Position numbers and translations under genes: made by a program. From Anaerolineales bacterium (GTDB lineage Bacteria > Chloroflexota > Anaerolineae > Anaerolineales > UBA4823), in assembly GCA_020354045.1 (NCBI GenBank), contig CP070639.1, positions 3,412,535 to 3,476,534 on the forward strand: a DNA stretch of 64,000 nt, read 5' to 3'. The notes under the pieces were generated by a model, which worked only from the letters and a program-made list of their open reading frames with translations, was not told the origin of the DNA and searched no databases. This document shows positions 45,443 through 55,302 of this stretch, piece by piece; positions within the stretch are counted from its first letter, which is position 1, and every line of letters begins with the position of its first letter.

Positions 45443-48148
45443 TCACTCTTGAGCCTGCAATTCGCCAGGTTGAGAAATCAGCTGAATCTTGCCCATCGTC
45501 CCGTCGACCCGAATAAGCTGGCCTGTTTTCAATCTCGTGGTAGCTTGATGGACCCCAACCACTGCCGGGATGCCATACTCGCGTGCCACTACCGAGCCAT
45601 GAGTCATCATCCCACCTACTTCAGTGATCAATCCGCCAGCTGCCATGAACAGCGGAGTCCAGGCGGGATCAGTGCCTGGACAGACCAGGATCTCACCTGG
45701 GGCAAGTTGAGTGCTACGTGGATCAAGCACCACGCGCACAACCCCTTCAACCACCCCTGGCGAGACAGGGCTACCAGTGATGACAACCTGGTTGTCTGTA
45801 CTGGAACCTATGCCCTCGTAATACACGCGACCGTCGCTGACCAGCACACGCGGCACTTGCTTGCGGCGCAGCTCGCGTTCGTAAGCGAGGCGGCGCTCGA
45901 TAATGAGCTCTCGCCAAGTTTGAGCGACCCCCGGGAGAGGCGATTCCTTGCGTGAGAGCGCCTGCAGTTCATTGAGCTGCAGGAAAACCATGTCATCGGG
46001 GTGTTCGAATGTACCAGCGCTGACAAACTCACGCCCCACCTCCAGCAGGGCTTGTCGCGCAACACCCATCATGCGCACCGCGAAAAACTTGGGGCTTTCC
46101 CGCGCCCCCATTAAGATCCGGATGCGCCTGGCAGCTGCGCGCACAACCTTTGCTCTAAACCAGCCACCCGGCAGCTGGCGTGCGGCATCTACCAGCGTTT
46201 CTATCGCCTCTTTGGCTGCCTGTTCGCCGCGTTTAAACAACATGTCCGGGGCGTTATTTATATCAATGCTCAGGTAACTTTGCAGGGTGTGCATAATGGC
46301 TGTCGGTTCTTCACGCCAGCGAGGTTGCCCGAAATCAATTTCCCCTATGCCGCGCATCCCATAGGCTTGCATGAAGTGTGCGATGGCAGTTTGAGCAGCG
46401 GTAGGTAAAGCTCCTTCCAGGTAGTGACTGGTAAGCGTTTTTGCACCTTCTTCAAGAAAAACAGCTCGAGACTGAGCATCCATCCGAATTTCCAGCGCTA
46501 TTTTCCAGAGCGCAAGATCCATTTCAGTGGTCACATTATGGGGCAGACCACGAGTAACCTCCAATGCCAGCTCGCGCTTACCACCTGTGATTTTCGTGAG
46601 CAGGTTGAGTGCGCCCATACTTGGTCCAAATAGTGGAACAAATTTTGGCAGCAAAAAAGGGAAAGCATCCGCGACACGGGTCTGCATAAAGGCTAAGACA
46701 TTAGCCAGCCGTCCAAAATGGTCCTCAGCAGGGGCGATCGTCGCCATACTCAGGTAATCTTTAATGCTCTTATCGAACTCCGACCGCTCTTTTTCGGGAT
46801 TCAGCATAGCTTTTACAAAACGCGGCAACATTGGCAGGAAAAAACGAGCCAGACGGTGCAGGGTGCTTAATTTGATCTTTCCCGCCCCCGCCCCCAGGGC
46901 TGACTCAGCACTGAGCGGCTTTAAGATTTGGGCAACACTCGGCTCGACAAATCCTAACAAGGCACTAAACAGGCGATTTCCAACAGGATGCCGGATCATG
47001 TCACTGATTTTCACCCAGATGCGTTCGCCGGAGACAACAAAAACATCCTGCTGATCATAGTTTATGTGTACACCCAAGACTGTGCCCATACCGGCAAGTA
47101 CGGTACGGATGACATCACGCCCTAATGGCGTGATCGGACCCACCACACCCTGTACCGTACCAAATGAAAACCAGATGATGAGGGGATCAAAGGACACTTC
47201 GGGAATGGGGAAGAGGGAAGTGATCGGGCGCGACTGGAGCAGGTATAGCTCTCCATTCGCAATCGCCCATTCGATATCCTGTGGTGTGCCATACTCCATC
47301 TGGACCTGGTTTCCAAGCTCAACAAGCTGCTCAATTTCATCCAGATTGAGTGTTCGCCGTGCCGCTGCATGTTCCGGAATAGATTCCACGCCACCACCTG
47401 CTTTGCTACGCGTGGAGATTTTCTTCTCGCCGAGAGTCTGCTGGACCACCGCACCATTACGCGTATCCACTACAAAATGGTCGGGCTCCACTTGTCCAGA
47501 GACGAGCGCTTCGCCCAGACCAAATGTAGCATCGATCACCACCTGGCTGCGTAAGCCTGTCAGCGGATTTGCCGTAAACAAAACGCCGGACACATCGCTA
47601 TGCACCATTCGCTGCACAACCACAGCCAGCGCGGTCTCATCATGCTGGATCCCATTTCGCATGCGGTAGCCGATAGCGCGCCCGGTCCACAAGCTACTCC
47701 AGCAATTGACGATAGCCTCGAGTAATTGTTTTTCGCCAAGGATATTTAAGAAGGTGTCTTGCTGCCCGGCAAAGGATAGATCAGGCAAGTCTTCTGCCGT
47801 GGCAGAGGAGCGCACCGCGACAGGGGTCTGCTCTCCGAAACTGTCGCCATACGCAGTTAGGATGGCATTTTCCAGTTCCACAGGCAACTTCCCAGTTGAA
47901 AACGCAACCCGAATTTTGGTTGAAACTCGCTCCAACACTTCCACATCGTCAGCAGAAATGTCTTCTAGTGCAACCTGGATCATCGTTTGTAACTGGTTAG
48001 CTGCCACAAAATGAGAATAAGCATCTGTGGAGATTACAAACCCGTGTGGTACGCGGAATCCGGCTCGAGCAAGGCGAGCGAGGTGGGAGCCTTTGCCACC
48101 GGCATTTGAGAGAGTCGTTTCTTTAGAGGTGAAAGGGAGAATGGTCAT
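45443..48148 (-). CDS. PEP-utilising phosphotransferase with rifampicin-phosphotransferase-like architecture (N-terminal ATP-grasp PPDK_N domain, long middle region, C-terminal swivel phospho-His domain)
   Basis: N-terminus SNAGGKGSHLARLARAGFRVPHGFVIST...RSSATAEDLPDLSFAGQ. C-terminus GEILVCPGTDPAWTPLFMAAGGLITEVGGMMTHGSVVAREYGIPAVVG. No PEP/pyruvate TIM-barrel domain is visible. Confidence 0.8.
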   Translation of the reverse strand: MTILPFTSKETTLSNAGGKGSHLARLARAGFRVPHGFVISTDAYSHFVAANQLQTMIQVALEDISADDVEVLERVSTKIRVAFSTGKLPVELENAILTAYGDSFGEQTPVAVRSSATAEDLPDLSFAGQQDTFLNILGEKQLLEAIVNCWSSLWTGRAIGYRMRNGIQHDETALAVVVQRMVHSDVSGVLFTANPLTGLRSQVVIDATFGLGEALVSGQVEPDHFVVDTRNGAVVQQTLGEKKISTRSKAGGGVESIPEHAAARRTLNLDEIEQLVELGNQVQMEYGTPQDIEWAIANGELYLLQSRPITSLFPIPEVSFDPLIIWFSFGTVQGVVGPITPLGRDVIRTVLAGMGTVLGVHINYDQQDVFVVSGERIWVKISDMIRHPVGNRLFSALLGFVEPSVAQILKPLSAESALGAGAGKIKLSTLHRLARFFLPMLPRFVKAMLNPEKERSEFDKSIKDYLSMATIAPAEDHFGRLANVLAFMQTRVADAFPFLLPKFVPLFGPSMGALNLLTKITGGKRELALEVTRGLPHNVTTEMDLALWKIALEIRMDAQSRAVFLEEGAKTLTSHYLEGALPTAAQTAIAHFMQAYGMRGIGEIDFGQPRWREEPTAIMHTLQSYLSIDINNAPDMLFKRGEQAAKEAIETLVDAARQLPGGWFRAKVVRAAARRIRILMGARESPKFFAVRMMGVARQALLEVGREFVSAGTFEHPDDMVFLQLNELQALSRKESPLPGVAQTWRELIIERRLAYERELRRKQVPRVLVSDGRVYYEGIGSSTDNQVVITGSPVSPGVVEGVVRVVLDPRSTQLAPGEILVCPGTDPAWTPLFMAAGGLITEVGGMMTHGSVVAREYGIPAVVGVHQATTRLKTGQLIRVDGTMGKIQLISQPGELQAQE

Positions 48149-48186
48149 CGGAATATACCCGCAAATTATATTCTTCTTCCTTGTCT

Positions 48187-49782
48187 TTAGCGCCCCTCTT
48201 CCAGAATCATGCCAGGCTCGTCTACCTCGATGCCATGAAGCACTTTTCCTATTCGAACAGGCAGGACAAAGCGCAACTTGCCATTGGCGCGCTTCTTATC
48301 CACACCCATATACTGCAATAGCATCTTGTCCTCCAGGTGTGCCGGAATATTCATGGGCAATCCAAGTTTGGACAAGGAATCTTCCACTTGAGACGTTAAA
48401 TCAGCTTGAGCTATTCCCAAGCGTTCAGACAGCCGTGCTGCAGCTAAAATACCAATCGCCACCGCCTCTCCATGACGCAGGCTGTAATCCGCTGCCCGCT
48501 CAACCGCATGTCCGAGCGTGTGTCCCAGGTTGAGCACCTCTCTGAGACCGCGCTCGTAGGGGTCGGCTTCAATGATGCCGATCTTTACCGCCATTGCCCG
48601 CCGCACCAGCCAATCCCAATCTGCGGAAATCACTTTCCAGCCAAGCTTGCAATGAGCGAACAGCTGCGGGTCGGAAATCAAGGCGTGCTTGACCACTTCA
48701 GCCATGCCACTGCGCAGCTCTTCCAGAGGCAAGGTCGCCAGGGTATCCGGGTCCACCAGCACCAAGCGCGGCGGGTAGAACGCCCCAATCAGGTTTTTTC
48801 CTTGCGGCAGGTCAGCACCGGTCTTGCCTCCCAGGCTGGCATCCACCATGGACAGCAAGGTGGTTGGCACACAAACCCAGCTGATGCCGCGCAGGTAAGA
48901 GGCTGCAGCAAATCCAGCCAAATCCCCCACCACACCTCCACCCAAGGCAAGGATTGTGCTGGTGCGATCCAAACCGGCATCCAATGAGCTGGCCCAAAGG
49001 CGCTCAATTGTCTCCAGGGTTTTGAATTTTTCCCCAGCTGGAATTTCCACCAGGCTGGCATCATAGCCTGCAGATCGGAGGTTAGCTAAAACTTGAGGGG
49101 CATACAAGGGGGTAACATTGCTGTCGCTAACCACCAGCACGGGACCCCCCAATCCTGCTACACTCAAGCATTGGCCAAGCTCATCCAGACTGCCAGACCG
49201 AATACGCACCTCGCAACCGGGAAACCCAGGTTTTTGCATGCCGCGCAGGTAAAAACGCCCCAACGCAGCCTGCACCTGCCAGGTTACTTCCTCGACACTA
49301 TTAGCTCCCACATCAAGCTGCCAGGGAAAAGAGGCATAATGACCAGCGCGCTCAGCCAGCAGATTGGACAAATGAGCGGAGAGATCACCTGCCAAGAGTG
49401 GGCGTGTGACTGATGCGGATTTCAGACGAGCCTGCAACACCGGGGCTGGCGCGCGCAAGCAAAGAACAATTCCGGCAGCTTCTGCTCTTGCCCGCAAGCG
49501 CGGATCAAGCAGGGCTCCACCTCCCAGGGCAATCACCCGTTCCTGCCCATCCAGAAGAGTTTCCAGGACCTGCGCCTCCAGGTGACGGAAGCCCACTTCG
49601 CCCTGCTGGGAAAATATCTGGGGGATAGCGAGTCCACTTCGTGCTTCAATCTCGCTATCCAGGTCCGTAAAGGGTATATGCAGTGCTTGAGCCAGCGCCT
49701 GGCCCAATGTGCTTTTACCTGCACCTGGCGGTCCATATATTAAAACAGGCGCATACAAGGAATGCCCGGCGTTATTGATCAT
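48187..49782 (-). CDS. aroKB: Bifunctional shikimate kinase / 3-dehydroquinate synthase fusion
   Basis: N-terminus LIYGPPGAGKSTLGQALAQAL...FTDLDSEIE...GEVGFRHLE. C-terminus LALGGGVVGDLAGFAA...VPTTLLSMVDASLGGKTG...LNLGHTLGHAVE. The start is 49782 or 49794; both overlap the aroC stop. Confidence 0.9.
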   Translation of the reverse strand: MINNAGHSLYAPVLIYGPPGAGKSTLGQALAQALHIPFTDLDSEIEARSGLAIPQIFSQQGEVGFRHLEAQVLETLLDGQERVIALGGGALLDPRLRARAEAAGIVLCLRAPAPVLQARLKSASVTRPLLAGDLSAHLSNLLAERAGHYASFPWQLDVGANSVEEVTWQVQAALGRFYLRGMQKPGFPGCEVRIRSGSLDELGQCLSVAGLGGPVLVVSDSNVTPLYAPQVLANLRSAGYDASLVEIPAGEKFKTLETIERLWASSLDAGLDRTSTILALGGGVVGDLAGFAAASYLRGISWVCVPTTLLSMVDASLGGKTGADLPQGKNLIGAFYPPRLVLVDPDTLATLPLEELRSGMAEVVKHALISDPQLFAHCKLGWKVISADWDWLVRRAMAVKIGIIEADPYERGLREVLNLGHTLGHAVERAADYSLRHGEAVAIGILAAARLSERLGIAQADLTSQVEDSLSKLGLPMNIPAHLEDKMLLQYMGVDKKRANGKLRFVLPVRIGKVLHGIEVDEPGMILEEGR

Positions 49783-50962
49783 TATCCGCTTCATCCGGCC
49801 AAAAGGTGTGGGCGATAGCATCCATCGGCAGGTCGGAGAGGTGTGCGCGCCGCAGCGCTGCAAAACGCGGGAGCATCTCGTCCAACGCATCCCCGCCTAA
49901 TTTTTCAAGCAATGCTTCCGCCAGCACAATAGCGATTACCGCCTCCAAAATAGGCACTGCACGCGGCACCGGGCAAAAGTCAGAACGCTCATAACGAGTC
50001 TCCACCAGACGTCCCTCAGCAAGATCAACCGATGGCTGTGCAGTCAATGTGGTGGCTATTGGTTTCATAGCAGCCCGGATACACAAGGGCTGCCCGGTAG
50101 TGATGCCACCCTCCAGACCTCCAGAGCGATTCGTAGTACGGACTATCTCATCTGCATCTAACCTTATGGCATCCTGCACCTGGGTTCCAGGTAAGCGAGC
50201 GTTCTGAAAAGCAGGACCGATCTCCAACCCCTTGACGGCTGGCACACTTAAGACCGCAGCTCCCAGGCGCGTCTCCAAGCGGCGATCCCAATGCACGTGC
50301 GAGCCCAACCCAGGAGGCACACCCAAGGCAATAATCTCGACCACACCTCCAAGCGTATCACGGGCGCGGATAATTCCTTCGATGCGAGCACGCATGCTCT
50401 CAGCAGCCTGTGGATTGGGGCAGCGCACATCGGAATCATCAGCCCGCTCCAGGCGCTCTTCCAGCGTCAGCATACTTAAATCAGCCTCTGTCTCACCAAT
50501 CGCGGTTACATAACCACCAATACGCACACCAAAAGCAACGAGCAGCTGCTTGCAAACCGCGCCAACTGCCACACGGGCAGCGGTCTCGCGCGCCGAGGCA
50601 CGCTCCAAAGATGGGCGCAGGTCCCGGTAGCCGTACTTCAGAGCACCTGTCAGGTCAGCATGACCCGGACGCGGTATGGTGAAAGGATCAATGGCTTTAC
50701 CTCGCCACCTGGTGTGATCGCGGTTTACTATTTGCATCGCCAGCGGAGCCCCTGTAGTAACACCTGCCATCACACCCGCCAGGATGCGAACGCGGTCCTG
50801 CTCAATTTTCATCCGGGGTCCAGCCCCATAGCCTCTCTGCCGACGAGCGAGCTCTGCATGGATGGCAGCGTTATCCAGTTCTAAACCAGCTGGCAGACCT
50901 TCCAAAATGGCTAACAGGGATGGTCCGTGGGATTCGCCTGCGGTGAGGAATCTAAGTGGCAT
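49772..50962 (-). CDS. aroC: Chorismate synthase
   Basis: MPLRFLTAGESHGPSL...QRGYGAGPRM...RPGHAD...SARETAARVA. Confidence 0.95.
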   Translation of the reverse strand: MPLRFLTAGESHGPSLLAILEGLPAGLELDNAAIHAELARRQRGYGAGPRMKIEQDRVRILAGVMAGVTTGAPLAMQIVNRDHTRWRGKAIDPFTIPRPGHADLTGALKYGYRDLRPSLERASARETAARVAVGAVCKQLLVAFGVRIGGYVTAIGETEADLSMLTLEERLERADDSDVRCPNPQAAESMRARIEGIIRARDTLGGVVEIIALGVPPGLGSHVHWDRRLETRLGAAVLSVPAVKGLEIGPAFQNARLPGTQVQDAIRLDADEIVRTTNRSGGLEGGITTGQPLCIRAAMKPIATTLTAQPSVDLAEGRLVETRYERSDFCPVPRAVPILEAVIAIVLAEALLEKLGGDALDEMLPRFAALRRAHLSDLPMDAIAHTFWPDEADNDQ

Positions 50963-52136
50963 AATTCTGCTCCCTCCAGTTCCAGTTTTCCAAGCGCTGC
51001 AACACCTGCATCAAGCGCTGCTCGGGTTGGGCAAGAGTCAAGCGAAGATAGCCCTCACCGCCTTGTCCAAAAACAACACCAGGTGTCAGGCTGATATGCG
51101 CTTGTTCCAGCATGGCGGTGGCAAACTGGCTGGAGGTCCAGCCCTCAGGGACCAGGCACCAAAGATAAAGTGAGGCTTGCGGGCTTTCCACATTGAAACC
51201 CAGTCGTCGTAGCCCGGTTACCAGTAAATCCCGCCGGCTGCTGTAGATCCGGTTGCGCTCCTCGAGCCAGCTCTGGTCTTCTGTGAGAGCTACAGTGGCA
51301 GCCTCCAAAACCGGCAAAAAATGCCCACTGTCAGCGTTGGTCTTTACTTTGTACAACAAGCGCAGCGCTTCTGGATTGCCTAAAGCAGCACCTACGCGCC
51401 AACCAGCCATGTTATGAGATTTTGATAACGTGTTGAATTCAATGGCAACGTCTACTGCGCCGGGCACAGCCAACAGGCTAGGAGGCTGGTAACCATCGAA
51501 TGCGACTTGCGTATAAGCGGCATCATGGCAAATCAGGATGCCATGCTTCCTGGCAAAGTCCACAGCCTCTTCAAAAAATTCAAGCGAGGCAATGGCAGCG
51601 GTAGGATTATTGGGGTAATTCAACCACAACAAGCGTGCCTGGCGGGCAATTTCTGGAGGCACCGCGTCCAAGTCAGGCAAAAATTTGCGCTCTGGCAATA
51701 ACGGCAGGTAGTAAGGCTCACCTCCGCTTACCAGGGCGCCCTGCGTGTAGGTCAGGTATCCAGGATCAGGGATCAACACCAGGTCGCCTTCATCAACCAG
51801 AGCCAGATTTAAATGAAAGATGCCCTCCTTAGAGCCAATCAGCGGTATAACCTGGGTATCTGCATCCAGGTCTACCTCATAAAGGCGCGCATACATGCTT
51901 GCCCAGGCTCTCCGCAATGCCGATGTGGCATTGTGCGGCTGGTAGCCATGCTGGTCTGGACGAGCAGCAGCCTCAGCCAGAGCTTGTAAGATATGCGGAG
52001 CAGGTGGCAGGTCTGGTGAGCCCACATCCAAACGGATGATATCATGGCCTTCAGCCTGCAAGCTGGCTACCTTATGGTTGAGCGTGGCGAAAAACTGCGT
52101 TGAGGATCGTTCCAGTCGACGAGCAGGTTTAAGCAT
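50952..52136 (-). CDS. Class I/II PLP aminotransferase (DapL/aspartate-aminotransferase-like; probable aromatic/prephenate aminotransferase by context)
   Basis: FFATLNHKV...IRLDVGSPDLPPAPHI...NYPNNPT...FNTLSKSHNMAGWRVG. ATG 52136 overlaps the aroE stop. Confidence 0.8.
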   Translation of the reverse strand: MLKPARRLERSSTQFFATLNHKVASLQAEGHDIIRLDVGSPDLPPAPHILQALAEAAARPDQHGYQPHNATSALRRAWASMYARLYEVDLDADTQVIPLIGSKEGIFHLNLALVDEGDLVLIPDPGYLTYTQGALVSGGEPYYLPLLPERKFLPDLDAVPPEIARQARLLWLNYPNNPTAAIASLEFFEEAVDFARKHGILICHDAAYTQVAFDGYQPPSLLAVPGAVDVAIEFNTLSKSHNMAGWRVGAALGNPEALRLLYKVKTNADSGHFLPVLEAATVALTEDQSWLEERNRIYSSRRDLLVTGLRRLGFNVESPQASLYLWCLVPEGWTSSQFATAMLEQAHISLTPGVVFGQGGEGYLRLTLAQPEQRLMQVLQRLENWNWREQNYAT

Positions 52137-53043
52137 GTGCATCTCCATCAGTAATCCTAATAGCAGCCGCGTGCATCGCCCCACGGGGGGCTGTGCGCCC
52201 CGTCCAGTGCTCAAAAGCCAGTGCTGCCTGTTCTACGAGCATCCCCAGCCCATTTGTAGCCCGCAATCCAGAGGCACTGGCAGCACGCAGGAAAGCAGTT
52301 TCCGGCGGATTGTACACCAGATCATACACATATGTGTTGACTGGATAATCAAGATTTTTTGGCCAGGGTGAATGTGTAACCTCCGGCGACATGCCTACAG
52401 GTGTAGCATTGACCAGCAGGTCAAACTTTGGAGCCACTGCAGCACATAGAACCGGCAGACCATCAAAGGTGATGGTATGCATCGGTTGGCTGATATGGTG
52501 TCTCAGGCTGAACAATAATTCACGCCCCTGCTCAATGCGGCGAGCAACCACCCATACATGCCATCCAGCCTGACCCAGAGCATATACTACCGCTCTTGCG
52601 GCCCCTCCCGCGCCCAGGACCAATGCTACAGGCAGTTTGCCAGTAGCAGGATAAGGGTCATCCCGCCGCCAACCTGTTTTCGAAACCAGATCAGCCAGGA
52701 AAGCCGGAGCGTCCGTGTTATCACCCACCAGAACACCAGCTCTAGCGAAAATCGTATTAACCGCACCGATCCCAGCCGCTGTGGAGGTAAGTTCGTCCAG
52801 ATGAGGTAAAACCACCTGTTTGTACGGGATGGTGACATTTAACCCATCGATCTCACCACTGCGAACTAGGTTAAGCAAATCAATAATACTGTTGACCTCC
52901 TCTGGTGGCAGTGAATAAAGATGATATTTACCTGCCAGGCCTGTGCCAAGCAAGGCAGCCGTCTGCAAATGAGGCGAAAAGCTGTGACCCAAAGGGTAAC
53001 CTAACAGGCCAAAATGCCATGATTTTCCGGAGGTGTCAGTCAT
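52129..53043 (-). CDS. aroE: Shikimate dehydrogenase
   Basis: FGLLGYPLGHSFSP...NVTIPYK...GAVNT...LGAGGAARAV. I chose ATG 53043, which overlaps the aroA stop by 8 nt. Confidence 0.9.
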   Translation of the reverse strand: MTDTSGKSWHFGLLGYPLGHSFSPHLQTAALLGTGLAGKYHLYSLPPEEVNSIIDLLNLVRSGEIDGLNVTIPYKQVVLPHLDELTSTAAGIGAVNTIFARAGVLVGDNTDAPAFLADLVSKTGWRRDDPYPATGKLPVALVLGAGGAARAVVYALGQAGWHVWVVARRIEQGRELLFSLRHHISQPMHTITFDGLPVLCAAVAPKFDLLVNATPVGMSPEVTHSPWPKNLDYPVNTYVYDLVYNPPETAFLRAASASGLRATNGLGMLVEQAALAFEHWTGRTAPRGAMHAAAIRITDGDAHA

Positions 53044-54430
53044 ACGCCACCTGTGCACCGAGAGATTGCAAAACAGCGAGAAAATCAGGAAACGATTCTG
53101 AGATAACTTCAGCACCATTGACAACGACTGGCTGCTTACACACCAGACCAGCAACGGTCAATGCCATCGCCAGGCGATGGTCACCGTGTGAGTCAACCAC
53201 ACCACCCTGAGGCTGTTCCCCGCCAGTTATAGAAAATCCATCATGCGTCTCGTCGGCGTCGATTCCCAGGTGCTGCAACTCTGAACATAATGCGGAAATG
53301 CGATTGGATTCTTTGTGGCGCAGCTCCTGAGCATCACGCACAAATGTCCGTCCGCGCGCACAGGCAGCCGCTACCGCAAATGCGGGAAATTCATCGATCA
53401 TGCGCACAACCAGGGGGCCTGAAACCTGGATGGTCCGCAAGGACGAAGAGCGCACCAGGACATCGCCAATCGGTTCACCCTGGCGTTCACCAGTAGGGTA
53501 AATACGGATATCAGCTCCCATCGTCATTAAAGCCTCCAGCAGTCCAGTGCGGGTTGGGTTAAGCAACACATCCCGCAGCCTTACCTGCGATCCTGGTGTA
53601 ATTAAGGCAGCCACGAGAATAAAAGCAGCCGAGGAGATATCTCCAGGCAGGCTAAAACGCATAAAAGGTAGAGAGAGCTTTTTGGGAGGCACCAGGTGAG
53701 TTGTATAGCGCAGATTGCCAGAAACCTGGGTGTATCCCTCGACACCGAGATATAAACCACCACGGGCTTCATGGATGGGGATCGGACCACCATTGCGAGC
53801 CTCTATTACTACGGTCAACCCCAGGATGCGCAACATACGCTCGCTATGATCAATAGAGGGACCTGGTTCTGTCAGCCTGGTTGGGCCGTCGGCAGCCAGA
53901 CCTGCAATTAAGAGGCAGGACTTGACCTGAGCGCTGGCAATTGGAAGTGTATACTGCAGCGCCTCCAGCTGTTTCACCCGACGTCCGAAAACCAACGGAG
54001 CCCGCCCACCATCAGCATGAATTGGCACACCCATCTTAGATAATGGCTCAACAACCCGCTCCATGGGACGGCGTCGTAACCCCGGCGAGCCGTCTAGAAT
54101 TGCCGGTAAGCCCGCGTAGGCCAGCAAGCCGGCTAAAAGGCGCATAGTTGTGGCGGAATTCCCGCAATCAATGGTTGTCTCAGGTGAACACAATCCGGTC
54201 AGGCCGGCACCTTGAACACTCAGCGTGCTGCCATCCAGTTCCCAGACTACACCAAGGGCAGTCAGGGCATTCAGCATTACCTGGGTGACACCTGCGACCA
54301 GGAAATTACTCAACCGGCTTTCCCCCTCCCCCAAGGCAGCAAACAAAGCAGCCCGGTGCGATAGTGATTTGTCGCCAGGCAAGTCAATCTCGCCGCGCAA
54401 TGCACCTGCAGAAGACACCCTTAATCTCAT
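53036..54430 (-). CDS. aroA: 3-phosphoshikimate 1-carboxyvinyltransferase (EPSP synthase)
   Basis: LPGDKSLSHRAALFAAL...NSATTMRLL...LRHKESNRI...DHRLAMA. Confidence 0.95.
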   Translation of the reverse strand: MRLRVSSAGALRGEIDLPGDKSLSHRAALFAALGEGESRLSNFLVAGVTQVMLNALTALGVVWELDGSTLSVQGAGLTGLCSPETTIDCGNSATTMRLLAGLLAYAGLPAILDGSPGLRRRPMERVVEPLSKMGVPIHADGGRAPLVFGRRVKQLEALQYTLPIASAQVKSCLLIAGLAADGPTRLTEPGPSIDHSERMLRILGLTVVIEARNGGPIPIHEARGGLYLGVEGYTQVSGNLRYTTHLVPPKKLSLPFMRFSLPGDISSAAFILVAALITPGSQVRLRDVLLNPTRTGLLEALMTMGADIRIYPTGERQGEPIGDVLVRSSSLRTIQVSGPLVVRMIDEFPAFAVAAACARGRTFVRDAQELRHKESNRISALCSELQHLGIDADETHDGFSITGGEQPQGGVVDSHGDHRLAMALTVAGLVCKQPVVVNGAEVISESFPDFLAVLQSLGAQVAYD

Positions 54431-55302
54431 ATTTCCTCCTGATCGTATCGAGTCCCTACCAGAGCCTGGTGATGATTCGCTGCCCGTTCCATTATTTGAA
54501 CCAACTCCAGCTCATTTTGCTGCTCTAAGCAGCTCTCCATGAGACTGAGCTCAGCCCGAAGCGCTCTGAGAACGTTGAGCACATTTTCACGGTTGGTATG
54601 CAGGATGTCATTCATCATAGGCACTGAGCTGCCAGCCAGGCGGCTGCTGCTGTAAAAACCCGGTCCCACCAGCGGGGAATATTCTGCCGGTGTTACCAGG
54701 CTAAGTGCGCATGCCAGCAAGTAAGGTAAGTGACTGGTCGAAGCAACCCAGCGGTCGTGTACCTCTGCTTCAAGCCAGAGAGGATGAGCACCAATCGCAT
54801 CGGCCAGCTGAACGGCAACACGGCGGGCGCGCTCACCTGTGCGCGGCAAGGTTGTGAACGCAAATGTAGCACCCTGGAACAACTCAGCCTCGGCATTTAC
54901 CAAACCATGAGCAGTTTTACCACACATCGGATGCCCACCCAGTGGGTCGAATCGGGCTGGCAACTCAGCCAATGCCTGGCAGACTTGAGTTTTCGTTGAG
55001 CCCATGTCAATTACAACTGGTCCCCCTGGATGCCAATCAGGCAGGTTGTGAATCAATGCAATGATCGCTCGTACAGGAGCAGCCAGCAAGACCAGGTCCG
55101 CTTTGGGTAGTATCTCGCGCGCATCCAAGACAGCTTGGTCTACGATCCGCTCCTGCAAAGCGAGACTCACGGTTCCAGGGTCAGGGTCGTAAGCCAGGAG
55201 CGACCGGCACCGGCCGCGTAAGGCTTTAGCCAGCGATCCACCCATCAAACCTAAGCCCAAGATGGCTATTACGGAATTAGCGAGATCCATGGGTTTGTCC
55301 AT
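54427..55302 (-). CDS. tyrA: Prephenate (arogenate) dehydrogenase
   Basis: [17 protein letters not shown] Rossmann motif...GGHPMCG...[13 protein letters not shown] overlap with aroA. Confidence 0.85.
   Translation of the reverse strand: MDKPMDLANSVIAILGLGLMGGSLAKALRGRCRSLLAYDPDPGTVSLALQERIVDQAVLDAREILPKADLVLLAAPVRAIIALIHNLPDWHPGGPVVIDMGSTKTQVCQALAELPARFDPLGGHPMCGKTAHGLVNAEAELFQGATFAFTTLPRTGERARRVAVQLADAIGAHPLWLEAEVHDRWVASTSHLPYLLACALSLVTPAEYSPLVGPGFYSSSRLAGSSVPMMNDILHTNRENVLNVLRALRAELSLMESCLEQQNELELVQIMERAANHHQALVGTRYDQEEI

Noticed and set aside
47064-47669. 201-aa plus-strand ORF, with similar ORFs at 45392-45955, 48027-48533 and 48472-48987
   Set aside because: All are antisense to well-supported genes (the PEP-utilising enzyme and aroKB). 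No RBS or family signal is present.
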